Shown piece after piece: positions 9,307-19,833 of a stretch of DNA of 64,000 nucleotides. The position numbers and the translations under genes were made by a program. The notes beneath the pieces are model-generated. The model was not told the DNA's origin. It was given only the letters and a program-made list of their open reading frames with translations, and searched no databases. Location: contig CAUVWX020000002.1 in NCBI GenBank assembly GCA_963555815.3, positions 256,001 to 320,000 on the forward strand, read 5' to 3'. Source of the DNA: a bacterium (lineage in GTDB: Bacteria; UBA8248; JACPRG01; G963555815). Within the stretch, counting starts at the first letter, position 1; the number at the start of each line of letters is the position of its first letter.

Positions 9307-10974
9307 TTGAGAAAGGCCGTTGTTGAGACGCTAAAAGAGGCTTGCCGAAAGGCCAGGGAGGCCGGGAGCCTCTCGGCGAAGGACGGGGAAATCACCGTCT
9401 CCGTCGAGCAGCCCAAGCTGAAAGAGCACGGAGATTTTTCCACCAATATCGCCCTCCTGCTTGCCCCTGTGGAAAAGAAGCCCCCCCAGGAGATCGCCTC
9501 GCTTCTTTTGAAGGAGATCGGGGACGCCCATCCCGTCATTGCCCGCTCGGAGGTGGCGGGCCCGGGGTTCATCAACTTCTTTTTGAGGCCGGAGTTTCTC
9601 CTAGAGCGTCTTCGCGAGGTCTCCCAGGCGGGCGAAAACTATGGCCGCTCAGACCTGGGGTCTGGGAAACGGGTTCAGGTGGAATTCGTGAGCGCGAACC
9701 CGACCGGCCCCCTTCACATCGGACATGGGCGGGGGGCCGCCGTGGGCGATTCTTTGAGCAAACTATTAAGTTATATAGGATATAATGTTGAAAATGAATA
9801 CTATATCAACGACATGGGGACCCAGATGGAAACCCTGGGCCGGTCCCTTTATCTTCGCTATCAGGAGGTTGCAGGAGAGTCGGTTGAATTTCCTGAAGAT
9901 GCCTACCAGGGCCAATACCTTGTCGACCTGGCTCAGGAGGTTTTTCGGGAAGAGGGTGAGAAATATCTTCTGGAAACGCCGGAGGAGGCCGTCCGAGCTC
10001 TCGCCGGGCGGGCGGGGCGTGCGATTTTGGCCGACATCCGGGCCACGTTGGAGCGGTTCGGTGTCCACTTCGACAAGTGGTTCAGCGAGAGGACGCTTGC
10101 CGAGACGGGCGCCCTTGAGAGGGGCATTTCAGAGCTAAAAGAGCGGGGCCACACCTATGAGGAGGAGGGGGCCCTTTGGCTTCGAACCCAATCTTTTGGC
10201 GATGAGAAAGATCGCGTCGTCATTCGAAGTGACGGCCGCCCCACTTATCTGGCGTCTGATATCGCCTACCACCAGGACAAGTTCCGCCGGGGTTTTGACC
10301 GGCTGATCAACATCTGGGGGGCCGACCACCATGGGTATGTGCCCCGCCTGAAAGCCCTGGTTCAGATGATGAACCATCCCCCCGAGGCCCTGGAGATCCT
10401 CCTGGTTCAGCTCGTCAATCTGAAGCGCGGGGAGGAGCAGATCTCCATGTCCACACGGACGGGGCAATTCACGTCTCTCTCAGAGGTGCTTCAGGAGGTG
10501 GGGGCTGACGCCACGCGCTTCTTTCTGCTGACCCGCCGGTGCGATAGTCACCTGGATTTTGACCTGGAGTTGGCCAAAAAAACTTCTAACGAGAACCCTG
10601 TCTACTACGTGCAGTACGCCCACGCGAGGATCTGCAGCGTCTTCAAGCAGGCGGCAGAACGGGGTATTTCTTTGCCCGACCCTAAGACGGCAGACCTCTC
10701 CCCCCTAAAACTTCCCGAGGAATGGACCCTCATCAAGGCGATCCTGGGATTCCCCGATCTTGTAGAGGGGGCGGCAAAAACCCTCGAGCCTCACCGCTTG
10801 ACTTTTTATCTGGTGGATCTGGTCGGGACGTTTCACAGCTACTACAACCACCACCGGATCATCTCCGATGACCCCGCCCTCACAGCCGCCAGGCTTTATA
10901 TCGTCACCTGCCTGGGCCAGGTCCTTCGGTGCACCCTTCGCATCCTTGGGATCTCGGCTCCTGAGACCATGTGA
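9307..10974 (+). CDS. argS: Arginine--tRNA ligase
   Basis: HGDFSTN, AGPGFINF, EFVSANPTGPLHIGHGR, WGADHHGY, MSTRTG, YYVQYAHARI. Confidence 0.98.
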   Translation: MRKAVVETLKEACRKAREAGSLSAKDGEITVSVEQPKLKEHGDFSTNIALLLAPVEKKPPQEIASLLLKEIGDAHPVIARSEVAGPGFINFFLRPEFLLERLREVSQAGENYGRSDLGSGKRVQVEFVSANPTGPLHIGHGRGAAVGDSLSKLLSYIGYNVENEYYINDMGTQMETLGRSLYLRYQEVAGESVEFPEDAYQGQYLVDLAQEVFREEGEKYLLETPEEAVRALAGRAGRAILADIRATLERFGVHFDKWFSERTLAETGALERGISELKERGHTYEEEGALWLRTQSFGDEKDRVVIRSDGRPTYLASDIAYHQDKFRRGFDRLINIWGADHHGYVPRLKALVQMMNHPPEALEILLVQLVNLKRGEEQISMSTRTGQFTSLSEVLQEVGADATRFFLLTRRCDSHLDFDLELAKKTSNENPVYYVQYAHARICSVFKQAAERGISLPDPKTADLSPLKLPEEWTLIKAILGFPDLVEGAAKTLEPHRLTFYLVDLVGTFHSYYNHHRIISDDPALTAARLYIVTCLGQVLRCTLRILGISAPETM

Positions 10975-11093
10975 TGAGATTTGGTCCCGCCCTCCTCATT
11001 TTCAAGAAAGGCGACGCCTGGAAAGCCGGAAGTAGAGCGGGATCTTTCGGGATAGTTTCCAATGATTTGGGGCTTATGAAATCTTGAATCTCC

Positions 11094-11122
11094 TTGACAG
11101 GGTAGGGGGCGGAGGCTAACAT
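11094..11122 (+). promoter_or_regulatory. sigma70-type promoter upstream of lipA
   Basis: TTGACA-N17-TAACAT. Confidence 0.7.
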
Positions 11123-11167
11123 TAATAAAGGTTTAAAGACCCTAACTTCGTGATTTCAAAGGGAAAA

Positions 11168-12079
11168 ATGGCCGAGCGCTTTCCTCCCTGGCTTCGAAAG
11201 AAGCTGAACTTCTCCGACCAGACCCACGCCCTAAAACTTTTGATGCGAAAGAAGCGTCTTCACACGGTGTGTGAGGAGGCCCACTGTCCCAATCTGTTTG
11301 AATGCTGGTCCCAGCCGACGGCCACCTTCATGATATTGGGCGATGTGTGCACCAGAAAGTGCGGCTTTTGTGCCGTCGCCACCGGGCGGCCCCGAGCGGT
11401 CGATGAGGAGGAGCCCCGCCACGTGGCAGAGGCCGCCGCGGAGATGGAACTTCGCCACGTCGTCGTCACCTCGGTGGACCGGGACGAGCTCCCCGACAGG
11501 GGGGCCGGTCAATTCGTCAAGACCATCCGGGCGATCAGAGAGTTGCTTCCGTCGGCCACCGTTGAGGTACTGACGCCGGATTTTCGCGGGAAGCCTTCTG
11601 CCATTGACCAGGTCATTGCGGCCCGGCCCGACATTTTCAACCACAACCTGGAGACGGTCCCCCGCCTCTACCGAAGGGTGCGTCTGGGGGCCAACTATCG
11701 GTGGTCTCTGATGCTCCTGGAGCGGGTCGCGCGCGCGGGTCTCTCCACTACCAAGTCGGGGATCATGGTGGGACTTGGGGAAAAAGAAGACGAAATACTT
11801 CAGACGATGAGGGATGTGCGAGAGGCAGGCTGCCAGGTCCTCACCATTGGCCAGTACCTTCAGCCGACGCGGGACCACCTTCCCGTCGAGGAGTTTGTCC
11901 ATCCCGACCGCTTCGCTGAGTATGAGAGGGCTGGCCTCGCCATAGGATTCGACTTTGTGGCCTCCGGTCCTTTCGTTCGAAGCTCTTTCAACGCTGAGGC
12001 CACCTATCTTGCCCTGAAGGAACGGCTGGCCGGGCGGGCGGGGCTTGCTCCCGCGGCATCAGCCCCTGCGGCCTGTTGA
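11168..12079 (+). CDS. lipA: Lipoyl synthase
   Basis: CEEAHCPNLFEC auxiliary cluster motif, CTRKCGFC radical SAM motif, C-terminal RSS. Confidence 0.97.
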   Translation: MAERFPPWLRKKLNFSDQTHALKLLMRKKRLHTVCEEAHCPNLFECWSQPTATFMILGDVCTRKCGFCAVATGRPRAVDEEEPRHVAEAAAEMELRHVVVTSVDRDELPDRGAGQFVKTIRAIRELLPSATVEVLTPDFRGKPSAIDQVIAARPDIFNHNLETVPRLYRRVRLGANYRWSLMLLERVARAGLSTTKSGIMVGLGEKEDEILQTMRDVREAGCQVLTIGQYLQPTRDHLPVEEFVHPDRFAEYERAGLAIGFDFVASGPFVRSSFNAEATYLALKERLAGRAGLAPAASAPAAC

Positions 12080-12145
12080 GGAGTTCAAGGCGCCCAGGGA
12101 AAGCTTCTCCGGTCATTGGCTTCCACTCAAATAAGAAGTGAAAAG

Positions 12146-13462
12146 ATGAAGGCCTTTCAGGTCGGGCTCATCGGTTTCGGCACTGTGGGGACAGGTCTTG
12201 TCCGGGTTCTTCAGGAGGACGCCTGCGAGATTGAGCGCCGGGTGGGCTTCCCCATCCGCGTTCGCCGGATCGCTGACCTGGATACAACTCGAGACCGCGG
12301 TGTTCCCCTTGAACCCGGCGTTCTCTCCAACGATGTGGACGGTCTCCTCTCGGACCCTGAGGTGGACCTGGTGGTGGAGGTAGTTGGGGGGTACGAGCCC
12401 GCCCGCACCTTCCTCCTTCGGGCCATCGAGGCCGGGAAGCCTGTCGTCACGTCCAACAAAGCTCTCCTTGCGGTCCATGGCGAGGAGATCTTCGCCGCCG
12501 CGGCCAAACAGGGGGTGGATGTCGGTTTCGAAGGCGCCGTCGGGGGCGCCATTCCCATCATCCGGGCGGTCAAGGAGGGTTTCTCTGCCAACATTATCGA
12601 GGCCGTCTTCGGGATTGTGAACGGGACGGCCAATTACATCCTCACCCGGATGACCGATGACGGGGGGGACTTTGACGCCGTTCTCAAGGAGGCCCAGGCG
12701 CAGGGCCTTGCGGAGGCGGACCCCACCTTCGATGTGGACGGGATTGACTCCGCTCACAAGATCGCCATCCTCGCCAATCTATGCTTTGGGACCCCCCTTC
12801 GGATCGAGGACGTCCTGATTGAGGGGATCCGCCGGATCAAGCCTGTTGATATTGACTTTGCGCGGCAGCTCGGCCATCGCATCAAGCTCCTGGTCCTCGC
12901 CAAAAGGGTGGGAGAGGAGCTCGATGTCCGGGTCTGCCCCACGATGATCCCCGAGACCCATCTCATCTCCCAAGTCAACGGGTCTTATAATGCGATCTAC
13001 ATCAAGGGGGACAAGGCGGACCCTAATATGTTGATTGGCCGGGGGGCTGGCTCCCTTCCCACGGGTTCCGCCGTCGCCGCAGACGTCATCGAGATCGCCC
13101 GGAATCTCCGGAGCGGGAAAGGGGGACGGGTCCCTCTCCTTTCCTATACTCCGAATGCACGAATCCCCTTGCGGGTTCGTCCTCACTCGGAGATCGTGAC
13201 CTCTTACTATCTCAGGATCACCGTGGAAGATCGCCCCGGCGTCCTCTCAACCATCTCGGGCATCTTCGAACGCCACTCTATCAGTATTCAGACTGTTATC
13301 CAGAAGGGGAGACGGGAGAAGGGACACGTTCCCCTGGTCATGCTGACTCACGAAGCCCGAGAGGGCGATATCCAGGACACCCTGAAGGAGATTGACTGCC
13401 TGGATGTGGTGAATGCCCCGACGATGCTGATCCGCGTGGAGAGCGGCGAGGGGCAAATGTGA
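12146..13462 (+). CDS. hom: Homoserine dehydrogenase with C-terminal ACT domain
   Basis: [50 protein letters not shown] (DRPGVL). Confidence 0.96.
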   Translation: MKAFQVGLIGFGTVGTGLVRVLQEDACEIERRVGFPIRVRRIADLDTTRDRGVPLEPGVLSNDVDGLLSDPEVDLVVEVVGGYEPARTFLLRAIEAGKPVVTSNKALLAVHGEEIFAAAAKQGVDVGFEGAVGGAIPIIRAVKEGFSANIIEAVFGIVNGTANYILTRMTDDGGDFDAVLKEAQAQGLAEADPTFDVDGIDSAHKIAILANLCFGTPLRIEDVLIEGIRRIKPVDIDFARQLGHRIKLLVLAKRVGEELDVRVCPTMIPETHLISQVNGSYNAIYIKGDKADPNMLIGRGAGSLPTGSAVAADVIEIARNLRSGKGGRVPLLSYTPNARIPLRVRPHSEIVTSYYLRITVEDRPGVLSTISGIFERHSISIQTVIQKGRREKGHVPLVMLTHEAREGDIQDTLKEIDCLDVVNAPTMLIRVESGEGQM

Positions 13463-14595
13463 TGGCTGAAGGGGCGGGTGTCCGGCGGGCGGGTATGGCC
13501 CCCTCCCATGAGGCCACCCCTCCCTGGCGGGGGGTCATTGAGCGGTATAGAGAGTTCCTTCCCGTTGGTGAAGAGACCCCGGTGATCACCCTCCTGGAGG
13601 GCAATACCCCTCTTCTTCCCGCAAGGCGTCTCGCCGAAAAGCTCGGCTGTGATAATCCCATCTGGCTTAAGTTGGAGGGTCTGAACCCGACTGGGTCCTT
13701 CAAGGATCGGGGGATGACCGTGGCCGTGTCGAAGGCCGTGGAGGCAGGCTCCCAGGCCGTCATCTGCGCTTCGACGGGCAATACCGCTGCCTCTGCCGCT
13801 GCCTATGCGGCCCGAGCGGGTCTTGAGGCCGTGGTCGTTATCCCCAAGGGGAAGACGGCCTTGGGTAAGCTCACGCAGGCCATGATCCACGGGGCGCGCG
13901 TCCTTCAAGTGGAGGGAAGCTTTGACGATGCCCTTCGGATCGTGAAAGACCTCTCGGCCCGCCATCCCATGACCCTTGTCAATTCCCTCAACCCCTTTCG
14001 TTTGGAAGGGCAAAAGACGGCCGCCTTTGAGATCTGCGAGGCCCTGGGGGACCAGGCCCCTGACCTTCACTTTATACCGGTCGGAAATGCGGGGAACATC
14101 ACGGCCTACTGGAAAGGCTACCGGGAGTTTCACTCATGCGGCCGATCGACCTCCCTTCCCAAGATGCGAGGCTTTCAGGCGGAGGGAGCGGCCCCCATTG
14201 TCCGGGGAAAAGTGGTCGAGGAGCCCGAGACCGTCGCCTCAGCCATCCGGATAGGAAACCCGGCCAGCTGGCAGGAGGCCGTTATGGCCGCGGAGGAATC
14301 CGGGGGCTTCATCGACATGGTCTCGGACGAGGAAATCATCGCTGCCTACAGTCTCCTCGCCGCTTCAGAGGGGACCTTTGGGGAGCCGGCCTCGGCTGCC
14401 TCGGTGGCGGGCTTGGCAAAAGACGTGCGTCTCGGCCGTCTGCCGAAGGGGGCAACGGTGGTCTGTACCATCACAGGTCATGGCCTAAAGGACCCCGACA
14501 CGGGCCTTCGGGCGGCGGCCAAGCCGGCCTCTTTGCCGGCGCACCTGGAGGCGATCGAGCAACATCTCGGTCTTCGGGGGAGCTCCGGGGGATGA
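13459..14595 (+). CDS. thrC: Threonine synthase
   Basis: [15 protein letters not shown] (PLP Lys), [32 protein letters not shown]. Confidence 0.96.
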   Translation: MMAEGAGVRRAGMAPSHEATPPWRGVIERYREFLPVGEETPVITLLEGNTPLLPARRLAEKLGCDNPIWLKLEGLNPTGSFKDRGMTVAVSKAVEAGSQAVICASTGNTAASAAAYAARAGLEAVVVIPKGKTALGKLTQAMIHGARVLQVEGSFDDALRIVKDLSARHPMTLVNSLNPFRLEGQKTAAFEICEALGDQAPDLHFIPVGNAGNITAYWKGYREFHSCGRSTSLPKMRGFQAEGAAPIVRGKVVEEPETVASAIRIGNPASWQEAVMAAEESGGFIDMVSDEEIIAAYSLLAASEGTFGEPASAASVAGLAKDVRLGRLPKGATVVCTITGHGLKDPDTGLRAAAKPASLPAHLEAIEQHLGLRGSSGG

Positions 14596-15788
14596 AGTAC
14601 GCCGTTCTGGTAGGAGATGGGATAGCCGACGAGGCGCTGGAGACCCTGGGAAACCGATCGCCCCTGGAGGTGGCCCATACCCCGCACTTGGATCGGCTGG
14701 CGGCTGAAGGCCGGACGGGGTTCGTCCAGACGATTCCCCCCGGGTTCCCGTCCTCCAGCGAAGTTGCAAACGCCGTCATCCTCGGGGTGGACCCCACCAC
14801 CTGTCCCATCTCGAGAGGACCTCTTGAGGCAGAGGGCATGGGTCTTTCCCTTTCCTCGAAGCAGATCGCCCTGAGCGTGAACCTTGTCTCCCTTTATGCG
14901 GACTCTCAGAAGCTCATTATGGCGGACCACACGGGGGGGCTTCTCGAGCCAGATGCGGGCCGACCCTTTTTGGATGCCATCGCTCAGGATGCCCTCGACT
15001 CAGACTTCCATCTCCACGCTGGTAGGGGATACCGGGGATCCCTCCTCTGGGACGGTGGACCAGGGGGTTTGGAGTTGACCCCGCCCCACACCATCCTCAA
15101 CCGGGAGGTCACCCACTACTTGCCCAGAGGAGAGGAGGCGCGGCGCCTCATCGGGCTCATGAATAGCACGCAGATGGTCCTGGCCGATCACCCTTTAAAT
15201 CGCGCTCGAAAGGAGAAAGGCCTTCGACCCGTCAACAGCCTTTGGTTCTGGGGGGCAGGGGAGGCGCTAAACCTTCGAGCCTTTTCGGAGCGTTTTGGGC
15301 TCAAGGGGGGACTTCTTTCGACCTCTCATGCCCTTCGAGGTCTTGGGCGCTTGCTGGGGCTCGAAGATCTTGGGTCTCCCGATGGAAATGGGGTCTCCGC
15401 TCCGAAGTTGCGGGCGGAGAGGGCGGCCCGCTTCCTTGAGGAGGGCGACTTGGTTTGCATTTACGCCGACTCGGCCGACGAGGCCTTTCACAAAGGCGAC
15501 GCAAAGGAAAAGATCCGCGCCATTGAGGAATTTAATGCCCTGGTGGGCGCGGTGGTGGAGCGCCTTGAAGGGGTGTGGGATTTTCGGGTTCTCGCCCTTT
15601 CCGACTGCCACACAACGGTCCACGAGGGGGCCCACACCTCGGCCCCTGTCCCCCTTGCCCTCTTCGGGGAGGGGGTGAAAAAGGACCGGGGGAAAACCTT
15701 TGACGAACATCTTCTCGTGAGAGGAAGCCTTCAGGTAACGGACGGGCACCGTCTCATGGACCTCCTTTTGAAGGGAACACCTTCTTAG
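14592..15788 (+). CDS. apgM: ApgM-family cofactor-independent phosphoglycerate mutase-like protein (candidate homoserine phosphotransferase)
   Basis: [53 protein letters not shown] overlap with thrC. Confidence 0.85.
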   Translation: MKYAVLVGDGIADEALETLGNRSPLEVAHTPHLDRLAAEGRTGFVQTIPPGFPSSSEVANAVILGVDPTTCPISRGPLEAEGMGLSLSSKQIALSVNLVSLYADSQKLIMADHTGGLLEPDAGRPFLDAIAQDALDSDFHLHAGRGYRGSLLWDGGPGGLELTPPHTILNREVTHYLPRGEEARRLIGLMNSTQMVLADHPLNRARKEKGLRPVNSLWFWGAGEALNLRAFSERFGLKGGLLSTSHALRGLGRLLGLEDLGSPDGNGVSAPKLRAERAARFLEEGDLVCIYADSADEAFHKGDAKEKIRAIEEFNALVGAVVERLEGVWDFRVLALSDCHTTVHEGAHTSAPVPLALFGEGVKKDRGKTFDEHLLVRGSLQVTDGHRLMDLLLKGTPS

Positions 15789-15919
15789 CGGCTGGACGCC
15801 TTGGCTGAGGGGGGGGGAGAAGATGGGTCTTGAGGGCTCACCAATTCCTCTGGCGGATGGAGGGGCGGTGGGCCATTATATAATTCGAGAGGAAGATTTC
15901 CTCTCCTGGAGGAGAGGGG

Positions 15920-17155
15920 ATGGGCCTTATCGTTCAAAAATATGGGGGCACCTCGATATCGGGGCCCGATCGGATTCGGGCTGTCGCCGAGCGGGTGGGG
16001 CGGACCATTCGCCGGGGTCATCGAGTGGTGGTGGTGGTCTCGGCCATGGCGGGAGAGACGGACCGTCTGATCTCCCTGGCCCGGGACCTGGCCTCCGAGC
16101 CCGACGAGCGGGAGCTGGACCTGCTTCTCTCCTCAGGGGAGCAGGTGGCGACTTCCCTCATGGTGATTGCGTTAAAGGGCTTGGGGTATCCGGCCCGTCC
16201 TTTTGTCGGTCGCCGGGTGGGGATCGTCACAGATAGCTCCCACACCAACGCGCGGATCCGAAGCGTCAGCGCCGTTGAGATCTCCTCCGCCCTGCAGGAG
16301 GGGATGATTACAGTCGTCGCGGGCTTCCAGGGGGTGGACGAGAACCAGGACGTGACCACGCTGGGCCGGGGTGGATCTGACCTGACGGCAGTGGCCCTGG
16401 CGGCCGCCCTTGGCGCTGACCGGTGCCAGATTTGTACTGATGTGAATGGTGTTTACACGGCGGACCCCCGCCTGGTCCCCGCGGCCCGGCGGCTCGACAG
16501 GGTCTCCTACGATGAGATGTTGGAGATGGCGAGCCTTGGGGCCAAGGTGCTTCAGGCGCGCGCGGTGGAGGTCGCTAAAAAATACAATGTGGCGCTTGAG
16601 GTCATGAGCTCCTTTGAGGAGGGTAAGGGGACGTTGGTGACGCGAGAAGATGCCGACATGGAACGGGCCGTAGTCTCGGCCGTGAACTGCGACTCCGGTC
16701 AGGCCAAGGTCACCATCGAGGGTCTGGCGGATCGACCGGGAATTGCGGGACAGCTTTTCGGGGCCCTGGCGAACGCCGGTGTCGTGGTGGACATGATCGT
16801 CCAGAACGTGGCCAGCCGGAAGTACATGGGTAGCCGGAGGCGGGCCGACATTTCCTTCACTGTGCCCGTGGATGTCCTCTCGCGAGCCCAGACCATCACG
16901 CAGGGGTTGGCCCGAGAGATTGGGGCCCGAAGGGTCCGGGCCGACGGGTCCATCGCGAAGGTCTCCATCGTCGGCATTGGGATGAAGACCCACACAGGGG
17001 TTGCCTCCAAGATGTTCCAGACCCTGGCTGAGCACAAGATCAATGTCCTGATGATCAGCACCTCTGAGATCGTCGTCTCCTGCGTCATCGAGGCCGAGCA
17101 CGCCGAGGTGGCGGTCCGGGCTCTGCATGACGTCTTCGAGCTGGAGAAGGGGTAG
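15920..17155 (+). CDS. lysC: Aspartate kinase (about 410-aa class with two ACT domains)
   Basis: [49 protein letters not shown]. Confidence 0.96.
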   Translation: MGLIVQKYGGTSISGPDRIRAVAERVGRTIRRGHRVVVVVSAMAGETDRLISLARDLASEPDERELDLLLSSGEQVATSLMVIALKGLGYPARPFVGRRVGIVTDSSHTNARIRSVSAVEISSALQEGMITVVAGFQGVDENQDVTTLGRGGSDLTAVALAAALGADRCQICTDVNGVYTADPRLVPAARRLDRVSYDEMLEMASLGAKVLQARAVEVAKKYNVALEVMSSFEEGKGTLVTREDADMERAVVSAVNCDSGQAKVTIEGLADRPGIAGQLFGALANAGVVVDMIVQNVASRKYMGSRRRADISFTVPVDVLSRAQTITQGLAREIGARRVRADGSIAKVSIVGIGMKTHTGVASKMFQTLAEHKINVLMISTSEIVVSCVIEAEHAEVAVRALHDVFELEKG

Positions 17156-17217
17156 GGGATGTTGGGGGAGGAGGAGCCGCTGAAGGGCTCGCCCCACGCG
17201 TTTTGAAAGGATTGGCC

Positions 17218-18825
17218 ATGTCCGCCATCGCCCTATACGACTGCACGCTTCGGGATGGGACTCAGGGGGAGGAGATCACCTTCTCAGTCGAGGACAAGCT
17301 TCGCATCTCTGAGAAGCTCGACGACCTGGGGATCCACTACATCGAGGGGGGATGGCCCGGCTCCAATCCCAAGGACATCGACTTCTTCCAAGAGGTCCAC
17401 ACTCTGAAGCTGAGGAAAGCGCGGATCGTGGCCTTCGGAAGCACGCGGCGGGCTTCCCTCTCGGCTCAGCGGGATCCAAATCTCCGCGCCCTTTTGGCGG
17501 CCAAGACCCCTGTCATCACCATCTTCGGAAAATCCTGGGACCTTCACGTCCGCCGAGCCCTTCGGACCACTCTGGCGCGAAACCTTGAGCTCATCGAAGA
17601 TTCCGTGGCCTACCTCAAGAGGCGGGTGGATGAGGTCATCTATGACGCCGAGCACTTCTTTGACGGCTACAAGGCAAACCCCCGCTACGCCACTAAAACC
17701 CTTCAAGCGGCTGTCGCTGGAGGGGCCGACTGCATTGTCCTCTGCGACACCAACGGGGGCTCCCTCCCCAGCGAGGTCAGCGCCATCTTTGGTGCCGTCC
17801 GGGGACTTGTCTCGACGCCTCTCGGCATCCACACCCACAACGACGGGGAGCTGGCAGTCGCTAACACCCTGGTGGCCGTTCAGCAGGGGGCCGTCCATGT
17901 CCAAGGATGCATCAACGGTTATGGAGAGCGGTGCGGAAACGCCAACCTCATCTCCATCATCCCTAACCTCAAGCTGAAGCTCGGCCTTAACTGCGTCAGC
18001 ACCCTTGAGCTCCAACGTTTGCGAGAGGTCTCTCGGTTTGTGGACGAATTGGCGAACCGAAACCCCTCGACCCATCAGCCCTTCGTGGGCAACAGCGCAT
18101 TCGCCCACAAGGGAGGGATCCACGTCCAGGCCATTATGAGGGACTCCAGGACCTATGAGCACATTCGCCCCGAGTTGCTGGGAAATCGGCAGAGGGTCCT
18201 CATCTCCGATCTCTCGGGCAAAAGCAACATCCTTTACAAGGCGCGGGAGTATGGACTTCGCCTGGACCCCAAAGACCCAAGCGTCCAGTCAATCCTTCAA
18301 GAACTCAAACGTCTTGAGCATAAGGGGTATCAGTTCGATGGGGCGGAAGGTTCCTTTGAACTCCTGATGCAGAAAGCCAAGGGCAGGCGTCAGGAATTCT
18401 TCAAGCTGGTCGGGTTCCGGGTCGTGGTGGAGAAGCGTCGAGATGAACCCCCGCGTTCTGAGGCCACCATCCGACTCTCTGTTAACGGAGAACTTGAACA
18501 CGCGGTCGCCGACGGCAACGGCCCCGTCAATGCCCTGGACAACGCCCTGCGAAAAGCCCTGGGAAAGTTTTACCCCGAGATCCGTGAGATGGAGCTCATC
18601 GACTATAAGGTGCGCATTCTCAACGAACGCGCCGCCACCCAGGCGACGACCCGCGTCCTCATCGAGTCGACCGACCACAAGAGCAGGTGGGGGACTGTGG
18701 GGGTCTCGCCGAACATCATCGAGGCCAGCTGGCAGGCCTTGGAGGATAGCCTGGAATATAAGCTCACGAAGGCCCGGCAACCCAAGAAACCACGTCGGCG
18801 GGGGCGGGCGAGGCGCAAGGCCTGA
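17218..18825 (+). CDS. cimA: (R)-citramalate synthase
   Basis: [54 protein letters not shown], and a regulatory domain (GNGPVNALD). These signatures fit the CimA subfamily rather than LeuA. Confidence 0.9.
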   Translation: MSAIALYDCTLRDGTQGEEITFSVEDKLRISEKLDDLGIHYIEGGWPGSNPKDIDFFQEVHTLKLRKARIVAFGSTRRASLSAQRDPNLRALLAAKTPVITIFGKSWDLHVRRALRTTLARNLELIEDSVAYLKRRVDEVIYDAEHFFDGYKANPRYATKTLQAAVAGGADCIVLCDTNGGSLPSEVSAIFGAVRGLVSTPLGIHTHNDGELAVANTLVAVQQGAVHVQGCINGYGERCGNANLISIIPNLKLKLGLNCVSTLELQRLREVSRFVDELANRNPSTHQPFVGNSAFAHKGGIHVQAIMRDSRTYEHIRPELLGNRQRVLISDLSGKSNILYKAREYGLRLDPKDPSVQSILQELKRLEHKGYQFDGAEGSFELLMQKAKGRRQEFFKLVGFRVVVEKRRDEPPRSEATIRLSVNGELEHAVADGNGPVNALDNALRKALGKFYPEIREMELIDYKVRILNERAATQATTRVLIESTDHKSRWGTVGVSPNIIEASWQALEDSLEYKLTKARQPKKPRRRGRARRKA

Positions 18826-18827
18826 AA

Positions 18828-19739
18828 ATGGGAAAAGGGCGCACATTTCAAGAAATCATCCTCGCACTGGAGCGTTTCTGGTCGGACCAGGGGTGTGTCC
18901 TCCAGCAGCCCTATGACATCGAGGTCGGGGCGGGCACCATGAACCCGGCCACTTTCTTGAGGGCGCTTGGGCCAGAGCCCTGGAAGGTGGCCTATGTGGA
19001 GCCGTCTCGACGCCCGACGGACGGCCGCTACGGCGAGAACCCCAATCGCCTTCAGCACTACTATCAGTATCAGGTTGTCCTGAAACCATCCCCCAAAGAG
19101 ATCCAAGAGACCTATCTCGATAGCCTGACGGCCTTGGGCATCGATCCCCTTCAGCACGATATCCGCTTTGTGGAGGACGACTGGGAGTCTCCTGGCCTTG
19201 GAGCCTGGGGTCTTGGCTGGGAGGTCTGGCTCGACGGCCTGGAGATCACCCAGTTCACTTACTTTCAGCAAGTGGGGGGGATCGACCTTCGCCCTGTCTC
19301 GGTGGAGTTGACTTACGGGCTGGAGCGGATCGCCATGTACCTGCAGGGGGTGGATAACGTTTATGAGGTCCTCTGGACCGACGGCGTCCGCTATGGGGAC
19401 ATTCACCATCGGACGGAAGTCGAGTTTTCCAAATACAACTTCGAGACTGCCGATGTCTCTATGCATCTTCAACTCTTCGCTCTTCACGAGGCCGAGTCTC
19501 TGAAGCTGCTTGCCGAAGACCTGATTCTTCCGGCCTACGACCATTGCCTCAAATGCTCCCATCTCTTCAATGTCCTGGACGCCCGGGGGGCCATCAGCGT
19601 TTCTGAGCGAACCGACTACATCGCCCGGATTCGGAAGATGGCCAGGGGCGTGGCCGAGGGATACCTCAACCTCCGCGAGGAGATGGGCTTTCCCCTTCTG
19701 AAGGATGGCTTCCCCGGCAAGCAGAATGTGACGAAGTAA
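18828..19739 (+). CDS. glyQ: Glycine--tRNA ligase alpha subunit
   Basis: [44 protein letters not shown]. Confidence 0.98.
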   Translation: MGKGRTFQEIILALERFWSDQGCVLQQPYDIEVGAGTMNPATFLRALGPEPWKVAYVEPSRRPTDGRYGENPNRLQHYYQYQVVLKPSPKEIQETYLDSLTALGIDPLQHDIRFVEDDWESPGLGAWGLGWEVWLDGLEITQFTYFQQVGGIDLRPVSVELTYGLERIAMYLQGVDNVYEVLWTDGVRYGDIHHRTEVEFSKYNFETADVSMHLQLFALHEAESLKLLAEDLILPAYDHCLKCSHLFNVLDARGAISVSERTDYIARIRKMARGVAEGYLNLREEMGFPLLKDGFPGKQNVTK

Positions 19740-19833
19740 CCCCTGGAAGGCGCCGGTCCCTTCCCCGAAAGGTTCAAGCTCCGTGCCTTCGGGGGGGGAT
19801 TGCCCCTCCGAGAAGGACGGACCTGACAGGACC

